Shown here piece by piece: positions 15,484 through 25,760 of a stretch of DNA of 64,000 bases. Under the pieces are notes generated by a model, which worked only from the letters and a program-made list of their open reading frames with translations, searched no databases and was not told the DNA's origin. The stretch is taken from IMG/VR virus record IMGVR_UViG_3300021962_000060, positions 1 to 64,000 of that record, one strand, 5' to 3'. The stretch's first letter is position 1. Each line of letters begins with the position of its first letter. The translations under genes and the position numbers were made by a program. This DNA comes from a virus.

Positions 15484-15894
15484 TTATGCTAATCCATAAA
15501 GGTCTAGTTCTGATTCTTCAACAATAGTTACAACAGTTGAACTACCCATAGGGGCATCGTGATGAGATAGAGAATAATGAATTTCATTTTTCAGAATTTC
15601 CCCTCTCATTGTCCATTCACTATTAACAACCATGCCTCTAAGCAATTCAGAAGCATCATATGCCTGAATAAAACCGCTATGGTCTCCATTCCATAAACGG
15701 AAATTGTTAATCTTCCACCACCCTGTCTCGTTAAGCTCAAACAAGTCCAATGTGATGTTTTTAAAATTTTCAATCATATCATCATAGCAATATCCATAAC
15801 AGTCGTCTGAGCTATAATACTCATTATTAATTTCATCATAAACTTCACAAGTACAAGAATTGGTATAACTAAATTCTACTTTGGTATCATTCAT
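15484..15894 (-). CDS. Phage hypothetical protein (SHHDAPMG motif)
   Basis: AAGGAG SD. Confidence 0.8.
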   Translation of the reverse strand: MNDTKVEFSYTNSCTCEVYDEINNEYYSSDDCYGYCYDDMIENFKNITLDLFELNETGWWKINNFRLWNGDHSGFIQAYDASELLRGMVVNSEWTMRGEILKNEIHYSLSHHDAPMGSSTVVTIVEESELDLYGLA

Positions 15895-15925
15895 ATTTGT
15901 CTCCTTTGCTGATTAATGGTAATAG

Positions 15926-15998
15926 TGAGCGTGATGGGACTCGAACCCATACTGTAAAGATTTTAAGTCTTCTGCCTCTGCCATTGGGCTACACGCCC
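15926..15998 (-). tRNA. tRNA-Leu(TAA), short variable arm
   Basis: GGGCGTG/CACGCTC acceptor, TAGCCCAATGGCAGAGGC D-arm, loop CTTAAAA. Confidence 0.9.
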
Positions 15999-16003
15999 CG
16001 TAT

Positions 16004-16270
16004 CTATTTCTTATCTACAACTTTAGCTAGAAGATAAGCAAATACATCCATCTTTTGCTGGTCATCAAGATTATTGCCATAATACAACACAGCAGAATGA
16101 ATAACTTCAGAAATAAACTCGTCATCTCTCTTGTGTTTCTTCAAAAGATTAACTAAATGATCAACCCATTGAACTGTAAACAGCAATCCTGTTTCATCTG
16201 CGGAATCAGAATCATTTCTGATACGCTTAAACTTTTTTAAAATTGAATTAACTTTAGACATTAGATACAT
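16004..16270 (-). CDS. Hypothetical protein
   Basis: Packed ORF. Confidence 0.6.
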   Translation of the reverse strand: MYLMSKVNSILKKFKRIRNDSDSADETGLLFTVQWVDHLVNLLKKHKRDDEFISEVIHSAVLYYGNNLDDQQKMDVFAYLLAKVVDKK

Positions 16271-16535
16271 TCACCTCTTCTGATTCGTACTTCCTTTTGA
16301 TTACTTCATTAACAGCTTTACCAATTGAGAATGAAGCAAGACAGAAAGCAACATCTCCCAAAACAACATCAAGATACTTGTAAGTTCTATTATTATTGTA
16401 AGTGATATAAAGATCACCTATAATTTCCATATGAGACTTATAAATATTTTTATCACAGTCATCATGAGTTATGTAACTAATTTCAACAATATTGCTACTA
16501 ATAACATTTTCAAACTTCATCTTAGCTCTCATCAT
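16254..16535 (-). CDS. KTSC-domain-like protein
   Basis: VISSNIVEISY...LYITY...YKYLDV...ASFSIGKAVNEVIK. Confidence 0.7.
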   Translation of the reverse strand: MMRAKMKFENVISSNIVEISYITHDDCDKNIYKSHMEIIGDLYITYNNNRTYKYLDVVLGDVAFCLASFSIGKAVNEVIKRKYESEEVNVSNV

Positions 16536-16884
16536 TATCTCCTTCTACTCCAATTTCTTCCATGACGTTTTCATAATTAAAACTATCTTCAGGTGTTATG
16601 CCTGCTTTTATAAGATCATTATGATAGCCAATATTCTTTTCAATCTCGCGATAAGTTGCTGAGTACGGATTGTAAAAGTATTCCTTAAAAGGGCCGGCAA
16701 CATTCTCACCAGTAGTATACTCAAAGATACGAGCATACCAATTGTCAGGCTTAAATCCATGTTGATGCTGGCAAATTCTATTAGCTTTACTCAAAGCTTC
16801 TTGAACAGAACCGGTATCATCAACACGAATAGGAATTCTAAACTCAACTACATAATATCCATCAAACTTAGGCATATCATCCAA
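16522..16884 (-). CDS. Hypothetical protein
   Basis: Packed ORF. Confidence 0.7.
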   Translation of the reverse strand: MDDMPKFDGYYVVEFRIPIRVDDTGSVQEALSKANRICQHQHGFKPDNWYARIFEYTTGENVAGPFKEYFYNPYSATYREIEKNIGYHNDLIKAGITPEDSFNYENVMEEIGVEGDNDES

Positions 16885-17012
16885 TCATTGCCAATAAAGC
16901 GACTAATCCATAAGCACCTGCTACAACAAGAAATATTGGGAAAAATGCTATAGCGCAAATTATAACAACAAGAGTACACCAGAAATAAATAAACTTTTCC
17001 ATAAACATCCAA

Positions 17013-18680
17013 TCAATTAATAGTAGTAACTTCAATTACATTTGTAAGGCCATCAATACGCATTCCAGTTCCATCACTATTGATGGAAAGCATTCCAGAT
17101 AATTCGGAATTGATAATTGACCTATGATACAACGCAGTGCTGTTGATAAGCATAATTGATGAACCAACAGAAAGAATGAGTTTGTCAAACATATTTGATT
17201 TTGTGATAATCCAGTTAAGATTATTGCCCAAAAGTGACAACTTGCTCAATGGGAATACTACCATACCGTCAACTACCGAACAGAGCGTTTGCTTGAAATT
17301 ATTCATCATTAGTTTGCCGATTCGCTTATCAGCCAAATCTCTGAACTCTCTACCAGCATTATTGCCATCAACAAAACCAGTGCTAGCATGATCGTATTCA
17401 TGAACGATTGTAGCAATAATGTTTTCAACCGAATCATTGACATGATTCAAATTCACAAGAATAACACGCTCAGACGTTGGTTTAGCCATGTTAATAGTAA
17501 GCCCAAGATTGCTATCAATATCAGAAGCAAAAATACCAATCCTATTTGATTCACAAAACTCAAGCAAGCCTGGCTCAAAAGTCGAAACTATCTGTACAGC
17601 CTTTGAAACATTCGCATACGAATCAATTTTGTAATCAATATTGAATTTGTATTCATCGGATAGAATGCTATCATACGTTTTTATACCAGCAGCTGATAGA
17701 AGTACATATAGATTGCCATCATTGATTACAACAGGATTGTATCCACGAATTTTGACTGCTGTATTTGCTCCTTGCAAAAAACCAAAGCTATCACAAATAA
17801 CAGAATTTTCTGGATAGATATCAAAGAATGCTGACTTCCACTCTTGAGAAATATTGTATGAAGTCAAATAAGATGCCATCATTCTGCTAAACTCATAAGC
17901 TGCAGAAAGCATATCTTCTGAATCAGCAAGAAGAAATGACTTAATTACACCTGTGTCAGTCAGCTTAGCGATAGCTAAAGTCATCTCGTATTCAAAGTCC
18001 CATTGACTAGCAATGGTTCTTTCTTCGTTAAGCCGGAGCGAATCAATGTTGTAATCATACATGGATATGTAATCATTATCGGAAAGCACAAGAACACCAT
18101 GATTGTAAACTCTCAACTTGTTATCAATTTTGCTATAAAACTTTGTATTATTAGAATGACAAAGAGGATAACGATTTGTCAAAAAATACTTATCAAAATC
18201 ATTATGTATTTCTATCAAGGATGGAGCAGCAGTAATGTAAACACTAAAAATTCCGGGCTTAGATTCAATAGAATTTTCATCTACAATATCAATACCCCAA
18301 GAACGACCATTAACTCCCTCATCCATTGCATTAGCAACTGCTTCACGGTAAATTTGGAAATCATCATCCCAAGAAAGAATACCTGCGTCTAAGGTAAAAG
18401 AAGAACTTTTCTTGCAGTCTCCATAGTTATAAACAATGCAAGGCACACCCTCTTCATTTTCAACAGCATATTCCATAACATATGAACCACTAGAATCCTG
18501 TCCAGCAAAAAACCACTGCCAACCATTACGCAATGCAGCAATAGGAGCAAACTTAATACCAGAGCCAAATTGACCAATAGTAGCAGGGTCATTTCTTTTA
18601 GTTGAAAGGCCCAACTTTTCCAAGGCAATTCGTGAAACGAATTCACTCTCGTTCCAGATATGAATATACTTTTTAGACAT
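17013..18680 (-). CDS. GHKL (Hsp90-like) ATPase-domain protein with HExxH motif
   Basis: LGLSTKR...IGQFGSGIK; REAVANAMDEG; TIVHEYDH. Confidence 0.7.
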   Translation of the reverse strand: MSKKYIHIWNESEFVSRIALEKLGLSTKRNDPATIGQFGSGIKFAPIAALRNGWQWFFAGQDSSGSYVMEYAVENEEGVPCIVYNYGDCKKSSSFTLDAGILSWDDDFQIYREAVANAMDEGVNGRSWGIDIVDENSIESKPGIFSVYITAAPSLIEIHNDFDKYFLTNRYPLCHSNNTKFYSKIDNKLRVYNHGVLVLSDNDYISMYDYNIDSLRLNEERTIASQWDFEYEMTLAIAKLTDTGVIKSFLLADSEDMLSAAYEFSRMMASYLTSYNISQEWKSAFFDIYPENSVICDSFGFLQGANTAVKIRGYNPVVINDGNLYVLLSAAGIKTYDSILSDEYKFNIDYKIDSYANVSKAVQIVSTFEPGLLEFCESNRIGIFASDIDSNLGLTINMAKPTSERVILVNLNHVNDSVENIIATIVHEYDHASTGFVDGNNAGREFRDLADKRIGKLMMNNFKQTLCSVVDGMVVFPLSKLSLLGNNLNWIITKSNMFDKLILSVGSSIMLINSTALYHRSIINSELSGMLSINSDGTGMRIDGLTNVIEVTTIN

Positions 18681-18681
18681 T

Positions 18682-19140
18682 TTACTTACCAAACCTTTCC
18701 TTGTATTCCATTGCATGGTATTTAATATACGTTTTAGCGTCAGCTTTGCTCATACAAGATTCAAACTTCTTGTCTCTCTTGTATCTGGTGTCAAGCCAAA
18801 GAGTATTTGATTCAAAACTGACATTTGTTGATAAACCAATATACTTGTTGATAATATCAACTGTAGCATACTGATATCCAATAGTATTATCTGATTCGTC
18901 TACATACGAATACAAATATAGATCATCGACTTTTTCCAAAAACTTCATTCTACCATAAAACTCAGAAGCGTTGGCATTGGTAATAGTACCAATGCCAACG
19001 CTCATTGTTGAAAAAACAATAGATTTAGCTTCTGGATTCAAGTCTTCGTATTCACTCCCGAACTGGGAGTATTTCACATAAAGACTATCAAAGTCAGATT
19101 GATAGTGCTTGACATTGCTGAAATTATAATTCAAAGACAT
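18682..19140 (-). CDS. Hypothetical protein
   Basis: GGAG SD, 152 aa. Confidence 0.75.
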   Translation of the reverse strand: MSLNYNFSNVKHYQSDFDSLYVKYSQFGSEYEDLNPEAKSIVFSTMSVGIGTITNANASEFYGRMKFLEKVDDLYLYSYVDESDNTIGYQYATVDIINKYIGLSTNVSFESNTLWLDTRYKRDKKFESCMSKADAKTYIKYHAMEYKERFGK

Positions 19141-19161
19141 GATTCTCCAATCAAATTATTA

Positions 19162-19725
19162 TTACTGAATACTATTCTTTTTCTCTTCATTCTGAATCTT
19201 CAAACGAATATCCACAGGGAAAAGACTAATCAATCTAGTACGACAAGGAATGAAATTATTACTTTCTTTTGTAATTACAATGTCAAGAACAACTGTCTCA
19301 ATAATACGAATTACATCATCATATGTAAAAGTTGGCTGTGAATTTTCCTGACCATTAGAGTCATTGGTAGAATTATTTATTTGTTCAGCGTTCTCTGTAA
19401 TGATCGATAAAACAATTGGAGTTAGAGCTTTATAAAAATTCGCACTATTTTCAAGAGTATAAATCATACCACGCTCAACAGCACTATTTGCTTCTCTAAT
19501 TGTTTCACATTGATCATTTCTTTCAGGACGATATCTATACAATAAATCCCCAACAGCATCTGTAATATCAATTTCAACATTCTCAGAAATCTTATGATAA
19601 TCAAGATGCTCCTCAACTTGCGAAGCAATTTCTTCATAGTCCATTTCTGTTACAAGTTCATCCAGTAAATCACTTATAGTACTGGAATCAAGTTCAATTT
19701 CAACATTGCCATTAATTGTAGTCAT
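19162..19725 (-). CDS. Acidic hypothetical protein
   Basis: AAGGAG SD. Confidence 0.75.
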   Translation of the reverse strand: MTTINGNVEIELDSSTISDLLDELVTEMDYEEIASQVEEHLDYHKISENVEIDITDAVGDLLYRYRPERNDQCETIREANSAVERGMIYTLENSANFYKALTPIVLSIITENAEQINNSTNDSNGQENSQPTFTYDDVIRIIETVVLDIVITKESNNFIPCRTRLISLFPVDIRLKIQNEEKKNSIQ

Positions 19726-19743
19726 TTCTTTTCTCCTTTATAA

Positions 19744-20127
19744 TTAATTGTTCTCTAGCATTTGGACAAGACGTTCAGCATATTCATACATTGGTGATTT
19801 TTCATCCAATACTCTGAAAGCATGGTCAAACCAATCATTGAAATGATACTCAACTTTATAGATTTCACCACTGCTGTTTTCATCATAAAGATAAATCTCT
19901 AACCAATCACCAGGGCCACCTGTAGAGATTTGGACAGTAATAACTTTTCTTGTATTGATATCTAATGGATATTCATGGAAAGCATCATAGGCATCTTCAT
20001 ACCCATCAAAAGTCATTCCGTCATCCATTGCGGCAAGCATCTCCATCATGTAGTCATTACGACTTTTAAGATGACTATCAATTCTTAGTTCACAAGAATT
20101 GTCTCGGATTTGATCTTCAATATTCAT
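19744..20127 (-). CDS. Phage hypothetical protein (STGGPGD...YHFNDWFD motif)
   Basis: AAGGAG SD, coupled. Confidence 0.8.
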   Translation of the reverse strand: MNIEDQIRDNSCELRIDSHLKSRNDYMMEMLAAMDDGMTFDGYEDAYDAFHEYPLDINTRKVITVQISTGGPGDWLEIYLYDENSSGEIYKVEYHFNDWFDHAFRVLDEKSPMYEYAERLVQMLENN

Positions 20128-21029
20128 TCTACTCCTTGTAGGTAATTTCTTGCATCAAGAGAAAGAACAACAATAGAATTCAACTTGCTAGCACGAAGTC
20201 TATAGTTGTAACTATCAATAATCATAAGGCACAAAGCAATATTGTTAGCAAAAGGTGTCGATCCTCTGCTGGAAGATTTAGCTTTTGCAATCACATTAGT
20301 AGGGTCACCAAGAGAGGCAATACACGACGCAAGACGAGTCAGATTAACCAACTTATAGTTGACAATAATCGTCGCAACAGCAGTCAAATATTCAGCCTGA
20401 AATGCTGTCGAGTTTGTGCCGTTTGCTTCTTTCAAAACTTTGATCACATTGTTCAAGTTGTTAATTCCTACTTTGGAATTGACTTTATACAAAGTATCAA
20501 TAGCTCTAATTACTCCATCACCAGGTCTATTCTCAACAGAAAGGTTATGAGAGCGAAGCATAGCATCAATAGCAACTGAATCAGGATTGCCCGAACTAAC
20601 GCCGGCCTTATGCAAGTCAGCTTTCTTAGGCTTAGTCCTGTTCTCATTTATAGTAATATACAAGTCTGCTTCATCCTGAATAGACAGATCAAGAAAAACA
20701 ATTGCATTCAAATCACTATTGCCTTTACCCATAATCTTGAGAGCCTCAACACGGTGAGAACCATCAATAATATACAGATCACCATTCTCACGGTAAGACA
20801 AAGTAATAACGCCAATGGCATTCTCATTGTAATTCTTCACAATGAGATTAACCTTGTTTTGATTTACTTCGCGCTGGTAAGACATATCAATCTTCAATTC
20901 AGAAGCTTTGACAAGAGAAGTTAACTTACTTTTCTGCTTAAACTTGACATTGAGATTACTCTCGATTTCTTGAATTGATACAGATTCCATCTGCTCTTTC
21001 ATGATCAAATCAAAATCTTCAGTTTGCAT
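20124..21029 (-). CDS. ParB/Srx N-terminal domain protein
   Basis: LKIDMSYQRE...IGVITLSYRENGDLYIIDGSHRVEAL...EADLYITIN. Confidence 0.8.
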   Translation of the reverse strand: MQTEDFDLIMKEQMESVSIQEIESNLNVKFKQKSKLTSLVKASELKIDMSYQREVNQNKVNLIVKNYNENAIGVITLSYRENGDLYIIDGSHRVEALKIMGKGNSDLNAIVFLDLSIQDEADLYITINENRTKPKKADLHKAGVSSGNPDSVAIDAMLRSHNLSVENRPGDGVIRAIDTLYKVNSKVGINNLNNVIKVLKEANGTNSTAFQAEYLTAVATIIVNYKLVNLTRLASCIASLGDPTNVIAKAKSSSRGSTPFANNIALCLMIIDSYNYRLRASKLNSIVVLSLDARNYLQGVE

Positions 21030-21173
21030 ATTCTAACTCCTTAACTTCTGATGTAATGTACAACAAATTACCAGCAAAATTGTCTTTGCATTCTCTATCC
21101 ATTAACATTTTTGCTACTTCTTGTGCTTCCCCCTCGGAATCCAAGGGGATAACAGCAGTTTTAGTTAATGTGA

Positions 21174-21473
21174 TTACAAATTTCTTTTCCATAGCACAGC
21201 CTCCTTTGCTGTATCAAAAGTGATAGAACCACCAAACATTTTCCTTCTTTCTTTTGCAGTAAAACCACCCCAAATACCAAATTCTTCATTATTGGTAACA
21301 GCATTAACTAGACATTCAATTTGAACATCACAAGTGTTACAAATAGTCACAGCTTTGCCAATAGCAATTCTAATCTTTGAATTAGAAATTGGCCCCTCAT
21401 CAACAAAGAACATATCTGCACCTTTGTCTTTGCAAGCTGCTTTTGATTTAATATTTTGAGCATCAATCTTCAT
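21174..21473 (-). CDS. whiB: WhiB-family transcription factor
   Basis: C...CxxCx5C and GIWGG followed by basic ERRK. Confidence 0.9.
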   Translation of the reverse strand: MKIDAQNIKSKAACKDKGADMFFVDEGPISNSKIRIAIGKAVTICNTCDVQIECLVNAVTNNEEFGIWGGFTAKERRKMFGGSITFDTAKEAVLWKRNL

Positions 21474-21900
21474 CAAAAAGTTCACCGCTTTCAATTATAT
21501 TTAAAATATTATTAACATCATTCTCTACATCATAAAATGGAATAATTGCAGCATTTTTATTCAAATCTGGAATAACCTCTTCACGTTGAACTTGTATATA
21601 TCTTTCTAGGAATTCTGAATCATCTGTACTATTGATCAAAGTCATTACAAAATACGACAAAGCAGTAACTGTATCCAATGACCGAGACTTACTAAATTCA
21701 TAAGGATCATCTGGGCTATAGCATTCGTTAACTGACTTCATAATAAAAGTAATATTTGATAGATATGAATCAGCTTTAATATCTGCAATATTCTCTACAA
21801 GACGAGAGAATATTTCTGCATATTGAGTGCCATCAATCAAACCATCAGGTGCTCTTGATTCATCATTAATAAGTTTTTCAGGATCGTTATCATCAAACAT
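21463..21900 (-). CDS. Hypothetical protein
   Basis: AAGGAG SD before ATG 21900. Confidence 0.7.
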   Translation of the reverse strand: MFDDNDPEKLINDESRAPDGLIDGTQYAEIFSRLVENIADIKADSYLSNITFIMKSVNECYSPDDPYEFSKSRSLDTVTALSYFVMTLINSTDDSEFLERYIQVQREEVIPDLNKNAAIIPFYDVENDVNNILNIIESGELFDED

Positions 21901-22465
21901 TTGTCTCCTTGTTGTCGTCATTTTCGGTATCAATAACAGCACTCTCCCAATAGTCATAAATAGATTCATTAATCCATTCAAACTTTTCATTCATATCACG
22001 AGTTTCAGCACCAAGCACTTTGCCATTCATACACCGGTAATAACCCTCAAAAGCCATACCTGGTTCCTCAAACTCTAAATGAAAGAAAAGATTTTCATAC
22101 ATACTAGAGATTGTCAAAATACCATCTTCGGGAGGTGCCCAAGCAGTATTGAAATACATTACAAAACTACTAATTGTATGGCCATCTTTGTGGAAATCAT
22201 CTGCTTCATCAGTAATATATGCATCATCAATATCCCATTTAGTGCCCCAATTATGAACTCTCCACCAATACCAATCAGGAGCGCCATAATCATCCATATT
22301 CTTCTGTCTCTGTTCTTCAGTTTCCGCATGACTATTCAAAAGAAATTGAGGTGTAGGAATATGACTCTCAAGCATTTTCAATTCATCCCCCATACGCTCA
22401 ACAAAGCTTTTGACTACATCAGCTCTACCGGCAACAATCATTTTATTTTCACACCAATTAGGCAT
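21893..22465 (-). CDS. DUF1281/YubB ferredoxin-like family protein
   Basis: MPNWCEN...DWYWWRVHNWGTKW...FNTAWAPP...FEEPG. Confidence 0.8.
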   Translation of the reverse strand: MPNWCENKMIVAGRADVVKSFVERMGDELKMLESHIPTPQFLLNSHAETEEQRQKNMDDYGAPDWYWWRVHNWGTKWDIDDAYITDEADDFHKDGHTISSFVMYFNTAWAPPEDGILTISSMYENLFFHLEFEEPGMAFEGYYRCMNGKVLGAETRDMNEKFEWINESIYDYWESAVIDTENDDNKETNV

Positions 22466-22474
22466 ATTTTCTCC

Positions 22475-22888
22475 TTATTTGTACCAAACGGTATAATTAT
22501 CTTCACACAAATTAACAACAGCAGACTTAATCATCGCAATATGAATATTGATATCATACTGCTCAGTACCGCCCTCATTGATTCTTTCAATAATATCTGT
22601 ATTAGTCATTCCTCCATCCATAAGTTCACACCACAAATAAGCAGTATCAATCAAATACTGATCCGAATACGGAACAAATGTGCTACCATCAATCCCATAA
22701 TAATAGTAAAAATCATCAATAAACTGAAACTCAGGACTATCATGAATACTAGAACTCAAATAAGTTGAAGTTGTAGTATCAATAAGAGGATCCAAAGTTG
22801 TAGTACTTGCCGATGAATTAGATGAACAGGCAGCAATAAATGGGAGCATAAGCAATGCTTTACTTTTTCTATTAAACATCAAAACCAA
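22475..22888 (-). CDS. Putative lipoprotein (DUF732-like)
   Basis: Lipobox IAAC, Ser/Thr linker, two C-terminal Cys. Confidence 0.65.
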   Translation of the reverse strand: MVLMFNRKSKALLMLPFIAACSSNSSASTTTLDPLIDTTTSTYLSSSIHDSPEFQFIDDFYYYYGIDGSTFVPYSDQYLIDTAYLWCELMDGGMTNTDIIERINEGGTEQYDINIHIAMIKSAVVNLCEDNYTVWYK

Positions 22889-23343
22889 CTCACAATCCCA
22901 TTACAATTTTTGGCTACAAACTCCAACCACCAAGAAATATAAAGCCAATCATCAGTAACATCTTCACCATCTTTTGATATTAGCTTATTGTTATTATGAT
23001 GAATATATTTCATGTAGTCACTCAATTCATAACACTGCTCAGAATCCAAGCCATATGATTCATCACCATTTTCATCATATGTGCCCTCACCATAGAAAGA
23101 AAACGGAGCATCATATGAATCAATCAAATATTGAGCATACTTACCACGATACCAGCAATCAGTACCGAACATACCCAATACAACTTTTGGTTTAATTCCA
23201 GAAGAATCCAACTCATTCTTCCAAGGACAACCACCTGAATTCTGAGTCAGAACACAATCAATTCGACCATCATCATCCAAAACAGCAGTGTTCTTATTCT
23301 TACACGCATAAGTTACAGGAATATTATCAAGACCCATTTTCAC
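22879..23343 (-). CDS. Hypothetical protein (MGLD... family)
   Basis: Packed ORF. Confidence 0.75.
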   Translation of the reverse strand: MKMGLDNIPVTYACKNKNTAVLDDDGRIDCVLTQNSGGCPWKNELDSSGIKPKVVLGMFGTDCWYRGKYAQYLIDSYDAPFSFYGEGTYDENGDESYGLDSEQCYELSDYMKYIHHNNNKLISKDGEDVTDDWLYISWWLEFVAKNCNGIVSWF

Positions 23344-23723
23344 TCCTCAATCTCAGGCAGAATCATAATGATTTCAACTTTAGCAATACGCCTACCCCAA
23401 TTTTCATCTTCAAGATAGGTAGCAAATACCGGATACAAGCCATCTCCATAGCCAGAAGCAAAAGCAACACCAGCACCTTGACCACCGTGTTCAAATGCCA
23501 ATTGTCCAGCCCTATCTTCAGACAAAGTAGCACCACAAGCACCGTTATAATTAAAAGGATAATAACCAGACTCATTAGAATCTGATGGATTAAACTCACC
23601 AAACCATTGGTGATCATCCTTAATATAACCAGGATCACATATCATAAGTTGACCACTATCAACGGCTACAAAGCCAATCAACTCTGTTTCAAACAAATCA
23701 TCTTCATTCATAACTATCCTCAT
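23340..23723 (-). CDS. DUF4241-like protein
   Basis: VAVDSGQLMICDP...SGYGDGLYPV. Confidence 0.75.
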   Translation of the reverse strand: MRIVMNEDDLFETELIGFVAVDSGQLMICDPGYIKDDHQWFGEFNPSDSNESGYYPFNYNGACGATLSEDRAGQLAFEHGGQGAGVAFASGYGDGLYPVFATYLEDENWGRRIAKVEIIMILPEIEE

Positions 23724-23956
23724 TTCTCACTAGTTTGGTTTCTAAACATAAGACTATCAATAAGTTTGTATGCTTTTTTTACATCTTCTTTGCTAAGGCC
23801 TAAATCATCAATAACAGAATCAATGAATTTGATATCTCCACGTTTGTTTTCAGGAAAAGAAACTTTGTCTAAAATCTTCTGTAGGAGAATAAAATCTGCA
23901 TTGGGATTTCTAATAACAAGATCGTTAAGCTTAGCCATTGTTACCATCCTCATCAA
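23720..23956 (-). CDS. Hypothetical protein
   Basis: Packed ORF. Confidence 0.6.
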   Translation of the reverse strand: MMRMVTMAKLNDLVIRNPNADFILLQKILDKVSFPENKRGDIKFIDSVIDDLGLSKEDVKKAYKLIDSLMFRNQTSEK

Positions 23957-24665
23957 ACAAACTCAATTGCCCCTCGGATTGCAAAAGTTTAATTTGAGAA
24001 ATACCAAAGTTATCTCCCCAAACAATAGGAGGCAAACCCTCTTGCTCAGTCCATTCATTCCAAAAATCTTGATAGTTAGCATCACACAAGCCTGATTCAT
24101 AACCGGCATACAGAACAACATTCTCTGTTATATAAGAACTATCAAAATCATAATCTTCAAACTGAACTATTTCAGAATAAAGAACCTCAGCAGTCACTCT
24201 CTTAGATTCAGCAACATAAATTTGTTCAGGAATCCACGCTTCAATAGTTTCAATTGTCTCTTCAACACAATATTCAGACCAAGCGTCATCATTGGCAACA
24301 GGATATTCACTCAAATCAATTAACCATTCAATTGCAGCACGAAAAGCTTCAGTAATATTATCTTCGACAACACCACTCTTTTCATTGATAAGCACTTTAC
24401 AAGTCAATCTATCAACGTGACCGACAGCCCAATGCCTGAGACCAACAATTTCAAAATCATCGGGGAAGCGAGTCATCAAATCTTTAGTGATGAAATCAAA
24501 ATTTGAAATCTCAATAGAGTCAGAAGCGTTATGCTTATCAATACCGGCCCAACCCCAAGAGACAAACATTTCCTCCTTGCCCCACCAACCAAAATCGTCA
24601 GGCTTCACCATTGACTGTGTTGCGAGTTCAACAATATCAAAATCTTGATATATTTTTTCCATCAT
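23931..24665 (-). CDS. Phage hypothetical protein (HWAVGH motif)
   Basis: 244 aa packed ORF. Confidence 0.8.
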   Translation of the reverse strand: MMEKIYQDFDIVELATQSMVKPDDFGWWGKEEMFVSWGWAGIDKHNASDSIEISNFDFITKDLMTRFPDDFEIVGLRHWAVGHVDRLTCKVLINEKSGVVEDNITEAFRAAIEWLIDLSEYPVANDDAWSEYCVEETIETIEAWIPEQIYVAESKRVTAEVLYSEIVQFEDYDFDSSYITENVVLYAGYESGLCDANYQDFWNEWTEQEGLPPIVWGDNFGISQIKLLQSEGQLSLFDEDGNNG

Positions 24666-24898
24666 TCATCAATCCCAATCTGTGTTCCATCAAACCCATT
24701 GTCAAAATACTTGTAATCACCCAACCAAAAAGCACCAGTGCCGTTTGATTTGTTCAACCACTCATCCAAGCAATCGTGCAAAAATTTGCGGTAATTGTCG
24801 GAAATGGCTTTTTGATCATCTTTTTCATGCCAACAAATATCGGAATGAACACCGCCATTCTCTCCATCATAGGCAATTTCACCACAAAATTCTTTCAC
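24662..24898 (-). CDS. Hypothetical protein
   Basis: GGAG SD. Confidence 0.65.
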   Translation of the reverse strand: MKEFCGEIAYDGENGGVHSDICWHEKDDQKAISDNYRKFLHDCLDEWLNKSNGTGAFWLGDYKYFDNGFDGTQIGIDE

Positions 24899-24913
24899 AA
24901 AAACTCCAATCTG

Positions 24914-25249
24914 TTATTGATCTACAAATTCAAAACCAGCATTAGTCAACTCAACAATAGCCTCATCATCCCAACGCATTGGCAAATGGGACTCAATAAA
25001 AAAAGCAGCTTTAGTTGACTCTTCATCTTCTGTATTATAGTAAACAACTACTTCGCCATAACTACCAAAGTCATGATTAAACCACTTCTTGCCGAAATCA
25101 ACATAATCTAAACGAGTAGCAAACTCTCGACAAAGTTGATTAATATAAGCAGTCATTTCTATATTTGAAATCTTCCTATAATCAGGAGTACCAAGTTGAG
25201 CACAATCCTCTTCACAAGGAGTTGGTCCAATCTCCATATATTCAATCAC
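24914..25249 (-). CDS. Phage hypothetical protein (GPTPCEEDCAQLG...HDFGSY)
   Basis: AAGGAG SD. Confidence 0.8.
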   Translation of the reverse strand: MIEYMEIGPTPCEEDCAQLGTPDYRKISNIEMTAYINQLCREFATRLDYVDFGKKWFNHDFGSYGEVVVYYNTEDEESTKAAFFIESHLPMRWDDEAIVELTNAGFEFVDQ

Positions 25250-25755
25250 AACATCTCCTTAATTTCTCCACGAACAATTCTATTCAACATATCAGCAACG
25301 TGTTTTGGATGAACACTTTGAGGTAAAATAAAAAACCTATGAGGATAATCAACATTACTCGCAGGTTTTGATACTAAAATATCATAATCTTCTCTGTACT
25401 TATACCACAAAGATTTTTCATTGACATAAAAAAGAAGCTCTGCTTGTTCAATTGTAAGATCAAGAATTTTTGCTGCTTCCCAACTAAAAACTTCATTAGT
25501 ATCGTAACCATCATCACCAATAAATCTGTCATAAAGATCATAGTAATCAGCAATACCATCGTTATAAATAGCGCAAGTCCAACCGGCAACACAACCAGCA
25601 GTATCACAATCATTAATATCTAATGTGATGTGATCATCATAGAAAAACTCTGACGAATCTGGATCGAAATAAGATGTCCAAGCTCCAATATAAAATCTTT
25701 CAGGAGGAAGATTCTCAAAAAAATCTGCCATTTCTTTCATTCTTGTAAAATTCAT
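25246..25755 (-). CDS. Hypothetical protein, tandem paralog (CDTAGCxAGW)
   Basis: Aligns end to end with 25761-26276. Confidence 0.85.
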   Translation of the reverse strand: MNFTRMKEMADFFENLPPERFYIGAWTSYFDPDSSEFFYDDHITLDINDCDTAGCVAGWTCAIYNDGIADYYDLYDRFIGDDGYDTNEVFSWEAAKILDLTIEQAELLFYVNEKSLWYKYREDYDILVSKPASNVDYPHRFFILPQSVHPKHVADMLNRIVRGEIKEML

Positions 25756-25760
25756 AATTT

